DNA from: a virus
Length of the DNA: 64,000 nt
Reading direction: 5' to 3' (one strand)
Virus record (IMG/VR): IMGVR_UViG_3300047382_000480
Location: 32,001 to 96,000 of that record
Program-made: the position numbers and the translations under genes
Part shown: positions 17,985-26,783 of the stretch, piece after piece
How positions within the stretch are numbered: the stretch's first letter is position 1
Layout: each line of letters opens with the position of its first letter
The notes under the pieces: model-generated
Seen by the model: only the letters and a program-made list of their open reading frames with translations
Told to the model about the DNA's origin: nothing
Database searches by the model: none

Positions 17985-18497
17985 CTACTGTATTTTGCTT
18001 CGAATTTTCCTCACGACCTTTTTCTTCATTGCTTTTATTGCTCGGTCTAGTTTCAACTTCGAAACACGTTGTGTGAAATTCTGACCCACCATGTGGTCAT
18101 ACTCATGCAGTACAACTCTTGCTGCCATACCCGCAAATTCCTCAACAACATCTGCACCTTCTGTATCTTGATATTTCACAGTTACTTTAGTTGGTCTCCG
18201 AATCATAAGAAAGACTCCAGGGAGAGAAAGACACCCTTCCTTCATCGCCTCAGTTTCTTCGCCCAATGCTATGATGACAGGGTTGATAATGTATCTAGTA
18301 ATATCTTTACCATCACCGAATGTAAATACTTTTGCATCTAAGCCGACTTGATTTGCAGAAAGACCTATACCACCAAGTTCTAGCTGTTTGGCAAATAACT
18401 TGTCACAAAACTCTTTTGCGTCATGTTCTTCAAAATCAAACTCTTTTGGCTCGCGCTTTAGTAATTCATTTCCAAATTCTATTAATTCAAGTTCCAT
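17985..18497 (-). CDS. def: Peptide deformylase
   Basis: GIGLSANQ, EGCLS, HEYDH signature motifs. Confidence 0.95.
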   Translation of the reverse strand: MELELIEFGNELLKREPKEFDFEEHDAKEFCDKLFAKQLELGGIGLSANQVGLDAKVFTFGDGKDITRYIINPVIIALGEETEAMKEGCLSLPGVFLMIRRPTKVTVKYQDTEGADVVEEFAGMAARVVLHEYDHMVGQNFTQRVSKLKLDRAIKAMKKKVVRKIRSKIQ

Positions 18498-20167
18498 TAT
18501 ATCATTACCGAATAGTTTTGTCTTTTTTCAAATTTAATTACTGATCTAAACTTATCAAACAACTGGTCTCCCTTGTGGCTTATGACAAATACATTTGTAT
18601 CATCGCCTATGGTGTTCAATAAGGTCATAACATAATCTGTTCCGTTGTTATCCAGGGAACTGTCAAACACCTCATCAAGTATAAGAAGATTAGTGCTTGC
18701 ACTGTTTTTCATCTTAGCGATAGTTCTCCAAGTAAACAATAACGCCAAGTCAATACGCTGTTTCTCACCCTCACTGAACGAGGCATATGAGAATTTATCC
18801 CTGCCTCGAGACTTTATTGTTTCATTAAACTTTTCGTCAAGATTAAAGTTTACAAAGAAGTCCATTGCTGCAAGATACTTATTCGCCAAAGTATTGATGG
18901 CTGGTAGATATTGTTTGATAATCCTAGTCTTGATACCAGTATCTTTAAGTAATGCAGCAACTGCCTGCATATAATGCATTTGCTCGTTCTTCTCAGAACG
19001 ATTTTTGTTTTCTACTGTAACCTCTTTAGCGAGTTCTTTTAATTTAGTCTGTTCAGATTCAATGTCTGCAACACGACCTCTTGCGTCTCCGAGTTCTGCG
19101 TGCAAGCGTTGAAGGTATCTTTGCTGACTTGTGATTTCATTATTCGTTTCAATTATTTGATTCTGTAACTCTTGGTATTCTGTTATAAGAGAATCTACAC
19201 GATCAAACTCGTCTTTCATTTCAGTAGAAGCAGTTTCAAGTTCTTGTATCTTACCCTCACGCTCCGTTTGTATTTCTTTTTTATGCTCGTGAGGAATACC
19301 CTGCTTACAAGTCGGGCAATCATCATGCTTCTCATAAAATTCTAACTCTTTATTGAGCTTCTTGACCTGCGAAATAAATTTCTCATTAATCGCCTCGAGT
19401 TTTCTTTTTTTCGTAGTCGGATCGCCCATGCTCTGCGCCTTTTCTGACTTAGTGCCTGATTCCTTCTTAAGAACTTCGATCTTCTCATCTAACTCAGTTA
19501 TCTCCGATTCAATCTCGCTAATCTTATCAGCTTTATTGTTTTCTAGAGTTTCAATATACCTTTTTTGTATAGTGGCTTTTTGTTTTGCTACTTCCACCTT
19601 ACCCTCGATATCTCGAATCTCTCCCTGAATACCTGTAAGCTGTTGTTTGAGCAATCCATTCATAGTTGTGAAGATCTGAATATCTAAAATATCTTCAATG
19701 ACTTCTCGTCTAATATATGCAGGAAGTTGCATAAAGGGTGTGAATGATGCACTACCCAAGATAACAATCTGGGTAAACGATTTAAAGTTTAGGTTCAGTA
19801 CAGACTCTTCAAGGTATTTTTGCGTATCTCTGAGTGCAGCATCCTGATCGATCATCTGACCATCTCGATGAATCTCAAAAATGTTTGGTCTGATACCACG
19901 AACAACTTTGTATTCAGTTTTACCGATTCGGAACTCAACTTCAACCATCAACTCTTTTTGATTCACAGAGTTTACTAGCTGAGGTTTATTAATATTCCTG
20001 AATGGTTTATTGAATAGTCCAAAACACAGAGCATCTAGGAAAGTAGATTTACCAGCACCATTATCACCAACTATGAGAGTAGAAGGCGAGCGTGTAAAAT
20101 CAACTTCAGAGAATGCATTACCAGTAGAAAGAAAGTTTTTCCACCGCAGTTTTTCAAAGTAAATCAT
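18497..20167 (-). CDS. gp46: Recombination endonuclease ATPase subunit gp46 (Rad50/SbcC-like)
   Basis: GDNGAGKST, CPTC hook, FSEGEKQRID, LILDEVFD. Confidence 0.97.
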   Translation of the reverse strand: MIYFEKLRWKNFLSTGNAFSEVDFTRSPSTLIVGDNGAGKSTFLDALCFGLFNKPFRNINKPQLVNSVNQKELMVEVEFRIGKTEYKVVRGIRPNIFEIHRDGQMIDQDAALRDTQKYLEESVLNLNFKSFTQIVILGSASFTPFMQLPAYIRREVIEDILDIQIFTTMNGLLKQQLTGIQGEIRDIEGKVEVAKQKATIQKRYIETLENNKADKISEIESEITELDEKIEVLKKESGTKSEKAQSMGDPTTKKRKLEAINEKFISQVKKLNKELEFYEKHDDCPTCKQGIPHEHKKEIQTEREGKIQELETASTEMKDEFDRVDSLITEYQELQNQIIETNNEITSQQRYLQRLHAELGDARGRVADIESEQTKLKELAKEVTVENKNRSEKNEQMHYMQAVAALLKDTGIKTRIIKQYLPAINTLANKYLAAMDFFVNFNLDEKFNETIKSRGRDKFSYASFSEGEKQRIDLALLFTWRTIAKMKNSASTNLLILDEVFDSSLDNNGTDYVMTLLNTIGDDTNVFVISHKGDQLFDKFRSVIKFEKRQNYSVMI

Positions 20168-21228
20168 TATATATTCTTTGCTTCTACATAAAGACCTTTG
20201 ACTACATCCTTGAGTCTATTTCGGTCTAGGTCAGTGTGAATGTTGTCGATGTATTCATCAAGCAACGTGATCGTATCTTCAAGATTGAGGTTATCTGCGT
20301 CAATAGCTTCATCCTCGAACTCAGAGAAGTCTTCTATTATTTTTATCTCAATCAAATTACAAGATTCGAGCCTATCTATAAAGGAATCAAACTTAGAAAA
20401 ATCGCTTTTGTTTACTACAACTACTTTAACTGAACCCCCGACAATCCTATCATAATCGATAGCATCAATATCTGTTCCCATAGAATCGTCTGCGTCGTTA
20501 TAGTAGAATTTATGAAAGATGTTAAACGGATTTTCAATAAACTCAAGCTCATTTGTTTTCGTATCGTAGATATGAAACCCTCTAGGATCATCATAATCGC
20601 TCCATGTAATTTCGTAAGGATTGCCAAGATAGGTGATGTTTCCGTTACTGCTTCGGTGATGAAAATGACCAGAACACACTAACTCAAACTTGTTAAAAAT
20701 CGAAGGATCCATCCCATGATCGTTTGAATGACCTTTATACATCTGGAAACCAGATAACTCGTAATGCCCAAAACAAACTTCAGCATCTGTTTCGTCAATA
20801 GCTTCCATGGTTTGTTTGTAGTTATCGGAACATATCCAAGGAGTAAAAAGAATATCTCTATTGTCAAAAGATATCGTAGTTACCTCTGGGTAGATTGTGA
20901 TGTTATCGTAATCCTTTAACAACAACTCTGGTGAATTAACTTCATTGGTATTCTTAAAATATGTATCGTGATTTCCAGGAATCATATGCATATCAATTTG
21001 CATTTCTTTTGCTTTATCAAAGAAATACTCTCTACACTTTTTGTATGTGTTGAAGTTAATAAACTTTCTGCGATCGAAAATATCACCCAAGTGGATGACT
21101 GTTTTAATCTGACGTTTTTCTAGTTCGGGAAAAAACTTTTCAGTGTAAAATTTCTCAAAGAAATTATCGAAAGGTATGGAGTCAGATCTAGCACCAAAGT
21201 GCGTGTCGGTAATTAATGCTATTTTCAT
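20167..21228 (-). CDS. gp47: Recombination endonuclease nuclease subunit gp47 (Mre11/SbcD-like)
   Basis: DTHFG, LGDIFD, GNHD, SGHFH. Confidence 0.96.
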   Translation of the reverse strand: MKIALITDTHFGARSDSIPFDNFFEKFYTEKFFPELEKRQIKTVIHLGDIFDRRKFINFNTYKKCREYFFDKAKEMQIDMHMIPGNHDTYFKNTNEVNSPELLLKDYDNITIYPEVTTISFDNRDILFTPWICSDNYKQTMEAIDETDAEVCFGHYELSGFQMYKGHSNDHGMDPSIFNKFELVCSGHFHHRSSNGNITYLGNPYEITWSDYDDPRGFHIYDTKTNELEFIENPFNIFHKFYYNDADDSMGTDIDAIDYDRIVGGSVKVVVVNKSDFSKFDSFIDRLESCNLIEIKIIEDFSEFEDEAIDADNLNLEDTITLLDEYIDNIHTDLDRNRLKDVVKGLYVEAKNI

Positions 21229-21659
21229 TTCATATATTCCTTGATTCGCGATCTCAAAATTACCAACCTTTGTTCAGTAAGGTTCCAATCAGAAACACGA
21301 TAATCAAACTTCTCAGGTTCTTGAAATACTTTATTTGTATCTTCAAATCTACTTTGTTTGATGGTATCCATCCATATCATAAAGTCAGGATGGAAAGTTT
21401 TTCTTGCTTCCTCTGTAGGACAAACAAAATCTACGATTGCAACTTTACCTGACCTCACAACACCATCCGCTAAATAACACATTCTTTGCGCTTGCCTCAA
21501 ACGACCCTCGTCGCTAAAATCCCAATCATCATATTCTTCTCTGACTTGATCAGCGTTTATATGAACACTCTCAAAGATTCCACAAAGAGCTTCGGCAAGA
21601 GTTGTCTTACCAGATCCAGGAAGACCCATTATCAGGATCTTCATGCAGCATAATACCAA
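21225..21659 (-). CDS. Adenylylsulfate kinase-like P-loop kinase
   Basis: MGLPGSGKTT, NADQVR, DFSDEGRLRQA.RM, DFVCP; likely start MKILIM at 21644. Confidence 0.75.
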   Translation of the reverse strand: MVLCCMKILIMGLPGSGKTTLAEALCGIFESVHINADQVREEYDDWDFSDEGRLRQAQRMCYLADGVVRSGKVAIVDFVCPTEEARKTFHPDFMIWMDTIKQSRFEDTNKVFQEPEKFDYRVSDWNLTEQRLVILRSRIKEYMK

Positions 21660-22183
21660 TCTGGAGTGTCACGCTTAGTCCAAACAGCCATCTTGGCTTT
21701 AGCGATGCGATAGTATTGACGATATGCTTCTATAGAATCTGATTGCTTGAATTCATCTGGCATAGCTTGAGGCATTTTCGTCATTGGACCAGATTTAATC
21801 CCTTCTGGTGGTTTATTTAGGATATGCTGCAACTTTTGTTGCGTTAGGTGCACTTTTCCATATCGGTATGTATACTCTTTACACAACTCTTGCCACAAAG
21901 AATGAAGCCACATATAGTTACTGTGAGATTCTCGAGCCCAAATACCAGATGGGTGATTGACGTGTGACGCTTTGTATAAAATTTGATCTTGCTCTGGGTT
22001 TGGGTGTTCCCATCTAGCAATTTTACGACCAGAAGAAGTTTTGTCGTACCATTGAGTTCCGTCAATAACACGATGTGCTGTTGACATAAGTTGAGCATAT
22101 TCGATAATCATCTTGACGACATGCTTGTCAAGGTGCTGTTTAGCAGCAGTTTCATAGTTCTCATGCAAGTAAAATATATTCAT
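21641..22183 (-). CDS. Pyrimidine-dimer DNA glycosylase / endonuclease V-like protein
   Basis: MNIFYL...DKHVVKMIIEYAQLMSTAHR, HVNHPS.IW, EYTYRYGKVH, AYRQYY. Confidence 0.75.
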   Translation of the reverse strand: MNIFYLHENYETAAKQHLDKHVVKMIIEYAQLMSTAHRVIDGTQWYDKTSSGRKIARWEHPNPEQDQILYKASHVNHPSGIWARESHSNYMWLHSLWQELCKEYTYRYGKVHLTQQKLQHILNKPPEGIKSGPMTKMPQAMPDEFKQSDSIEAYRQYYRIAKAKMAVWTKRDTPDWYYAA

Positions 22184-22206
22184 CTCATCCTCCCAATAAA
22201 GTAATG

Positions 22207-22235
22207 ATTATACAACAATTTTCTTGCTAAGTCAA
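22207..22235 (-). promoter_or_regulatory. Sigma70-type promoter
   Basis: TTGACT-17-TATAAT followed by GGAGG SD. Confidence 0.8.
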
Positions 22236-22248
22236 GGTCTTTTTGATT

Positions 22249-22458
22249 TTAACTATATGACGTGCGACCTTCAAGGGCATCTGAAATTCTTTTACGAGCA
22301 TCTCTATCACCCAATTCATACGCTTGCAACACAATAGTATATATTTCTTTTGCTGAAAAGTCAAGCATATTTTTTAGTTGAGTAGTTCCCTCTTTGCTTC
22401 TTTCCTCGATCTGTAGCGTATCGGAGTCTAGCAACCTAATGTCCGAAATATCTTGCAT
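22249..22458 (-). CDS. Hypothetical protein
   Basis: 69 aa ORF packed between the exonuclease gene and the promoter. Confidence 0.55.
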   Translation of the reverse strand: MQDISDIRLLDSDTLQIEERSKEGTTQLKNMLDFSAKEIYTIVLQAYELGDRDARKRISDALEGRTSYS

Positions 22459-22459
22459 T

Positions 22460-23020
22460 CTATGTCCTTAGAATTGTAACTAGAGTGTTTGTTTGGCTAA
22501 TAGCGTCATCAAGAGCATTGTGGTGTGTGTCGTCTTCGTTTGCTCTGATTTTTGCGTTACTCACACCAACTAAATTGGTTGCAGTTTTAAAGCAATGAAT
22601 GTGCCAATATTTCCATGGTGGCTTCTCATATCCAAGAGCATACATAGCAGATTCTAATATCTGAACATCAAACCCAGCACTATTTCCCCAAATGGGGATA
22701 GACTTTGAACCATACCACTCTCGAAACTCAGGTATCGCTTTGTCGAATGGAATTGTATCAGTAGTCAATTGCTTCAACGCATGTTTATTCTGTTTGCTCC
22801 ACCAATTGATAGTTCCCTTATCTACATGGCGATTATATTTCTTACAGGTTGATGCATCTATGTTTTGATAATATGTATCAATTACACCGCTCTCAATATT
22901 AAATTTTGTGGCTCCAATAGATAAAATTGCAGCATCACCCCTTGTACTGAGAGTTTCTATATCAACCATAACTTGATACTGTTTCGGATCAGTAAAAAGT
23001 TGCGCACCATCTTTCATCAA
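22460..23020 (-). CDS. DEDDh 3'-5' exonuclease (DexA-like)
   Basis: MVDIETL, WGNSAGFD, HNALDDA. Confidence 0.85.
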   Translation of the reverse strand: MMKDGAQLFTDPKQYQVMVDIETLSTRGDAAILSIGATKFNIESGVIDTYYQNIDASTCKKYNRHVDKGTINWWSKQNKHALKQLTTDTIPFDKAIPEFREWYGSKSIPIWGNSAGFDVQILESAMYALGYEKPPWKYWHIHCFKTATNLVGVSNAKIRANEDDTHHNALDDAISQTNTLVTILRT

Positions 23021-23631
23021 GATTTATCTCCATCCATATCTTTCATAACTTCAAGTTTTTCTTTAGCGAGTTTTAATGCTTCTTTATCGTCTAAATATTT
23101 TGGTCTTCGTTTTTTGAGTTTTGCCTTTTGATCAGCATGCTTTTCTTCAAGTTGTGCTGCATCATCCACTGCTTTACGAATATACTCTAGATACTCACTG
23201 CTTCCATCGTTTCCATCAGAATCTGCAGTCATTAGTTCTTGAATATCTAAACTACCGATATATTTTTTCTTTGTATCCATTTGCCGTTTCTCTTTTTGGA
23301 TACGACGAATAAATGCATAATATGTGATTTGCGTAAAATATGCAAAGGGATTTTTTGATTTTGCTGGATCAAAATTATCAATATATGTAATGCAATTTTC
23401 TATACCATCAAGAATCATCTCGTCTCGAAAAGTATAGTTTACAAAGTTTGATTTATATGCGAGATGATTAGCGATTTTAACCATGCATTCACCAAGATAT
23501 TCTGGCACACGAGGTTTTTCCTCGCCAGATTCTTTTGCAGCAAGGACTTTCTCGCGATACTCAGTAATCGCTTCTAGGAATTCTTTGTTGTCAACGTAAT
23601 GTCGACTGTTGGGATCTCTTCTTTTAGCCAT
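23017..23631 (-). CDS. gp55: Late-transcription sigma factor gp55
   Basis: HYVDNKEF, NFVNYTFRDEMILDGIENC, NPFAYFTQI.YYAF.RRIQKEK; start taken at MAKRR because the ORF-track start overlaps the promoter. Confidence 0.96.
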   Translation of the reverse strand: MAKRRDPNSRHYVDNKEFLEAITEYREKVLAAKESGEEKPRVPEYLGECMVKIANHLAYKSNFVNYTFRDEMILDGIENCITYIDNFDPAKSKNPFAYFTQITYYAFIRRIQKEKRQMDTKKKYIGSLDIQELMTADSDGNDGSSEYLEYIRKAVDDAAQLEEKHADQKAKLKKRRPKYLDDKEALKLAKEKLEVMKDMDGDKS

Positions 23632-23640
23632 AATATCACC

Positions 23641-23669
23641 ATTATACATCAATGTTTGAAAATAGTCAA
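23641..23669 (-). promoter_or_regulatory. Sigma70-type promoter of gp55
   Basis: TTGACT-17-TATAAT, 9 nt before the ATG. Confidence 0.85.
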
Positions 23670-23714
23670 GCAGTTTTTATAAAAAAGTTTTTTTAAAAAA
23701 GATCAAAATAATGC

Positions 23715-23743
23715 TTGACTATTACATTGACCTTGGGTATAAT
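23715..23743 (+). promoter_or_regulatory. Divergent sigma70-type promoter with no credible downstream + strand gene
   Basis: TTGACT-17-TATAAT on the + strand, back to back with the gp55 promoter. Confidence 0.75.
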
Positions 23744-23771
23744 CAGCGTGTCGCTGTTTGAAAGGACAGTT

Positions 23772-24185
23772 TCAATTTAATTTGTTTTTGTTTCTTGCTT
23801 CCATATATTTAAGAAGATCATCTGGACTAAGAGTTTCAGAAAGAAGTTCATCAGTAGCAGCATGCTTACGTTGTAACCTTTCTTCAAAGAAGATCTTTTT
23901 AACACACTGTTCATACCCTTCCTTGTGCGATTCAATCAGTTTAGATACAACCATAATAGAAGAAGTCGATACTGTGAACGCAACATCATCAGAAAGACCC
24001 ATCCAAGATTTCAGCATATAAGACTCACTAAGACTTTCGTCATATTCGTCAATTCCACCAGAATAAACTTCAATAGGATACATTATATTGATAAAGTCTT
24101 CAGATAAATCATAATCGTTTTGCACACAGGCGACGATCGTTATCCCGTCATTGAATCGAATAACTCTTATCTTATCGAAAGTCAT
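23772..24185 (-). CDS. Conserved hypothetical protein downstream of uvsW
   Basis: IRVIRFNDGITIVA...LKSWM pattern; synteny between uvsW and gp55. Confidence 0.7.
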   Translation of the reverse strand: MTFDKIRVIRFNDGITIVACVQNDYDLSEDFINIMYPIEVYSGGIDEYDESLSESYMLKSWMGLSDDVAFTVSTSSIMVVSKLIESHKEGYEQCVKKIFFEERLQRKHAATDELLSETLSPDDLLKYMEARNKNKLN

Positions 24186-25663
24186 TTATCAACCTTAACA
24201 AGTTTGTATTTAAACCCTTCTTCATTATATAATTTTACTCTCTCAACTAGATGTTCTAGTGTATAATTTTTCTTGGTCTTCCATGATAGATCATCGCCAA
24301 TATCAAACAGTTTACACGAAACCTTATTTTCTCCTAACCTCAACCCTCTACCGATAGATTGTAAGTTTCTTACTCTGCTCTTTGAAGGTGAAGAAAATAT
24401 AACATTATGTAAGTTTCTAATATTTATACCTGTAGAGAAAGTGCCATATGAGGCAACAATTATAGCGTTATCAGACTTTTCCGTCAACGATCGTATTTCT
24501 TCTCTTTGTTCGGTATCAGTTCCTCCGTATACAAAATAGACTGGTCTAGATTCTTCTACCTTTTTCTTTATCATATCAAACAGAACACTTCCGTGTTTCT
24601 CGACGAACTGAAAAAGAACCAAACTGTTACCTTTTTGATCAACGACAAGATTACTTATTAAGTTATTTCTCCAATGATCTCGAACTAACCAATCTACCTC
24701 CTCTTGGTATTTCATGGTCTTCATTGCTTTACATTCTTCATCTTTATGTTTTAAAACTAAACAAGTTATGTCTAGGTTTGCAACCTTACCATCTTCCATT
24801 AACTCTTTAGTGGTTATCACCTTAGTAACATTTCCAAAACACCCTTCTAAGACAAGGCGGTGAGTTTTTGTCCCATCAAGAGTACCAGTAGTTCCAAACC
24901 TCCAGTGTGCGTTTTCGCATTTGTTTAGAATAGAAGTTAAAGACTTTGCCTTAAATAAGTGAGCTTCGTCTCCATATACAACATCAAACTTTTCAAACCA
25001 TTTCTTTGGAAATTTATAGATAGATTGCCAAGTTGAGATTGTCACAGGAAACTCGTTTGACTTTTCTTTACCGCCATATATTCTATGGCAGTTCTCACTT
25101 ACTTTCCAATCAACTGCGCTTGCATAGTCTTGAAAATCACCATACATTTGTTCCACAAGAGATGTCGTGGGCACAATTATTAATTGCTTTTTATTTCTTT
25201 CTTGATAATAACGCATTAGAGTATAGATTATAAGAGACTTTCCTGATGCAGTAGGAGACAATAATAAAGACCTTGCACCCTGAATACCTTTTCTGACTGC
25301 TTGAACCTGATAATCTCGTATTTCAATGGGTTTGTCACCACTGTGAAGGTCTAATCCCTTTGCAAACTTATCAATAAATTCAGTTGATATAATATCGCCC
25401 TTTGACACCATTCGGTTGTCTACAGTGTACTCCAGCTGTCTCGCGAAGTCTAAAAGGTACTTTATTAACCCAACAGGCAATTCTTTATTGAACATATTGA
25501 ACAGCCTTGCCTTGCCATCCCACATACGGGATTTATAAGCAGGCATGAATCTTGCTCCAGGAACATCAAATGTGAAGAAGTCATTTAGTTCTTGGAGGAT
25601 TCCTGTGTCACACTCAACGTGCATATTCACAGCGTTTTTATATGTGACAATTATGTCAGCCAT
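24182..25663 (-). CDS. uvsW: SF2 helicase UvsW
   Basis: RDYQ, SPTASGKS, GDEAH, GTTGT, FSTGINI, LQSIGRGLR. Confidence 0.97.
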   Translation of the reverse strand: MADIIVTYKNAVNMHVECDTGILQELNDFFTFDVPGARFMPAYKSRMWDGKARLFNMFNKELPVGLIKYLLDFARQLEYTVDNRMVSKGDIISTEFIDKFAKGLDLHSGDKPIEIRDYQVQAVRKGIQGARSLLLSPTASGKSLIIYTLMRYYQERNKKQLIIVPTTSLVEQMYGDFQDYASAVDWKVSENCHRIYGGKEKSNEFPVTISTWQSIYKFPKKWFEKFDVVYGDEAHLFKAKSLTSILNKCENAHWRFGTTGTLDGTKTHRLVLEGCFGNVTKVITTKELMEDGKVANLDITCLVLKHKDEECKAMKTMKYQEEVDWLVRDHWRNNLISNLVVDQKGNSLVLFQFVEKHGSVLFDMIKKKVEESRPVYFVYGGTDTEQREEIRSLTEKSDNAIIVASYGTFSTGINIRNLHNVIFSSPSKSRVRNLQSIGRGLRLGENKVSCKLFDIGDDLSWKTKKNYTLEHLVERVKLYNEEGFKYKLVKVDK

Positions 25664-26106
25664 TACATAAGTCCATTTGTGAATTTAGTCCACTCAATAC
25701 CATTCTTAATGTCCCACGTTCTACTATGTAAAGATCTCATAACACGATCAAGGAAATCAACAACAGTCCTTATGTACTCAACCTTATTCATTTGTTCTTG
25801 AAGGTCGGCATCTGATTCTATCATTTCTGCCATGTCATTTTTCAAAGGTTTGTTTCCAAGCCACTGATCCCACCCAAGTGCATCGAGTTCTTGTTTGGAT
25901 AACTCTCCACGCCAGTATTGTTGCTTTATTCTTCTGAGTTTAAAGAATGCAGCCTCAGACTTTCTGAGTTGTAGTTTGAAATTTGAGAGGTGATTGAGGT
26001 ATTTTGAATGGAGTTCGGCAGTCTTTATTGTTGCTTTGCCGAGTTCTAACTCATCGATCTTACAATCGATAGCCCACGATTCTTGAAGTTCTTTTAATGT
26101 AATCAT
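25663..26106 (-). CDS. uvsY: Recombination mediator UvsY
   Basis: W..D.KID, LHSKYL, R.WDIKN.IEW.KF..G. Confidence 0.9.
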   Translation of the reverse strand: MITLKELQESWAIDCKIDELELGKATIKTAELHSKYLNHLSNFKLQLRKSEAAFFKLRRIKQQYWRGELSKQELDALGWDQWLGNKPLKNDMAEMIESDADLQEQMNKVEYIRTVVDFLDRVMRSLHSRTWDIKNGIEWTKFTNGLM

Positions 26107-26121
26107 AATATAATAATAATT

Positions 26122-26709
26122 CTATGTCAAATTTTCTATCTTATAAGTCCTATATCTAAAACCTGCGATACCAGTGAAGTAATCACCAGCACCTTGTGTT
26201 ATGTCAAAATCAAGACCTTCTAGACTAGTCGGGAATGCATCATAGAAAGTAATCTTGATAGTTGGGTTGTTGTTCGAATCAAGAACAAACAATGTAGCAT
26301 CACTTACTTGAGCGATGGCTTCTTTCTTGCTCTTTTGTGACGTAGCAGTTCTATACTCTTGAGAGTTTATGAAGTCAGTGAATTGACCAGTATTCTCTGG
26401 AAACCCTAATCCATACAACCAGTTATAAAGTTCTTGGTAGTTTGCCATATCTTCTTGAACAAGAAACCTTACCATTAGTTCACCGAATTGTATTTTGTCT
26501 CCAGGGAATGGTAATGTGGAAAGAGGTGTTTCCATCTGCGGTGCTCCCAAAGATATTTGTGGGATATTTGCAGCTTGACAGAAAAAAGAAACCTGAGGTA
26601 TATTAGCAATTTGAAATCTAAACCCATTCGGGCGCAAGAAATCTAATTCAGCAGGATTGTTCTGAGTGAATTCTGATTCGGTGATATTTGTTGTCGGGTT
26701 ATATGCCAT
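26122..26709 (-). CDS. gp3: Tail completion / tube terminator gp3
   Basis: FFCQAANIP.I.LG, PGDK, FLVQEDMANY, FPTSL; follows gp23. Confidence 0.9.
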   Translation of the reverse strand: MAYNPTTNITESEFTQNNPAELDFLRPNGFRFQIANIPQVSFFCQAANIPQISLGAPQMETPLSTLPFPGDKIQFGELMVRFLVQEDMANYQELYNWLYGLGFPENTGQFTDFINSQEYRTATSQKSKKEAIAQVSDATLFVLDSNNNPTIKITFYDAFPTSLEGLDFDITQGAGDYFTGIAGFRYRTYKIENLT

Positions 26710-26713
26710 ACTT

Positions 26714-26721
26714 TATTTATA
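26714..26721 (-). promoter_or_regulatory. Late promoter of gp3
   Basis: TATAAATA 4 nt before the ATG. Confidence 0.75.
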
Positions 26722-26724
26722 CGC

Positions 26725-26752
26725 AAAAAAAAGGGGATCCGAAGACCCCCTT
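26725..26752 (-). terminator. Rho-independent terminator after gp23
   Basis: GGGGTC-TTCG-GATCCCC followed by T8 on the minus strand (UUCG tetraloop). Confidence 0.9.
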
Positions 26753-26783
26753 AAAATGGTTGATTGACTCAACTCTTTTTATT

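Noticed and set aside
23758-24021. 87 aa + strand ORF after the antisense promoter
   Set aside because: It has a TTG start, no SD, lies almost entirely antisense to a real gene and has no protein-like features. A non-coding role is preferred but translation is not excluded.
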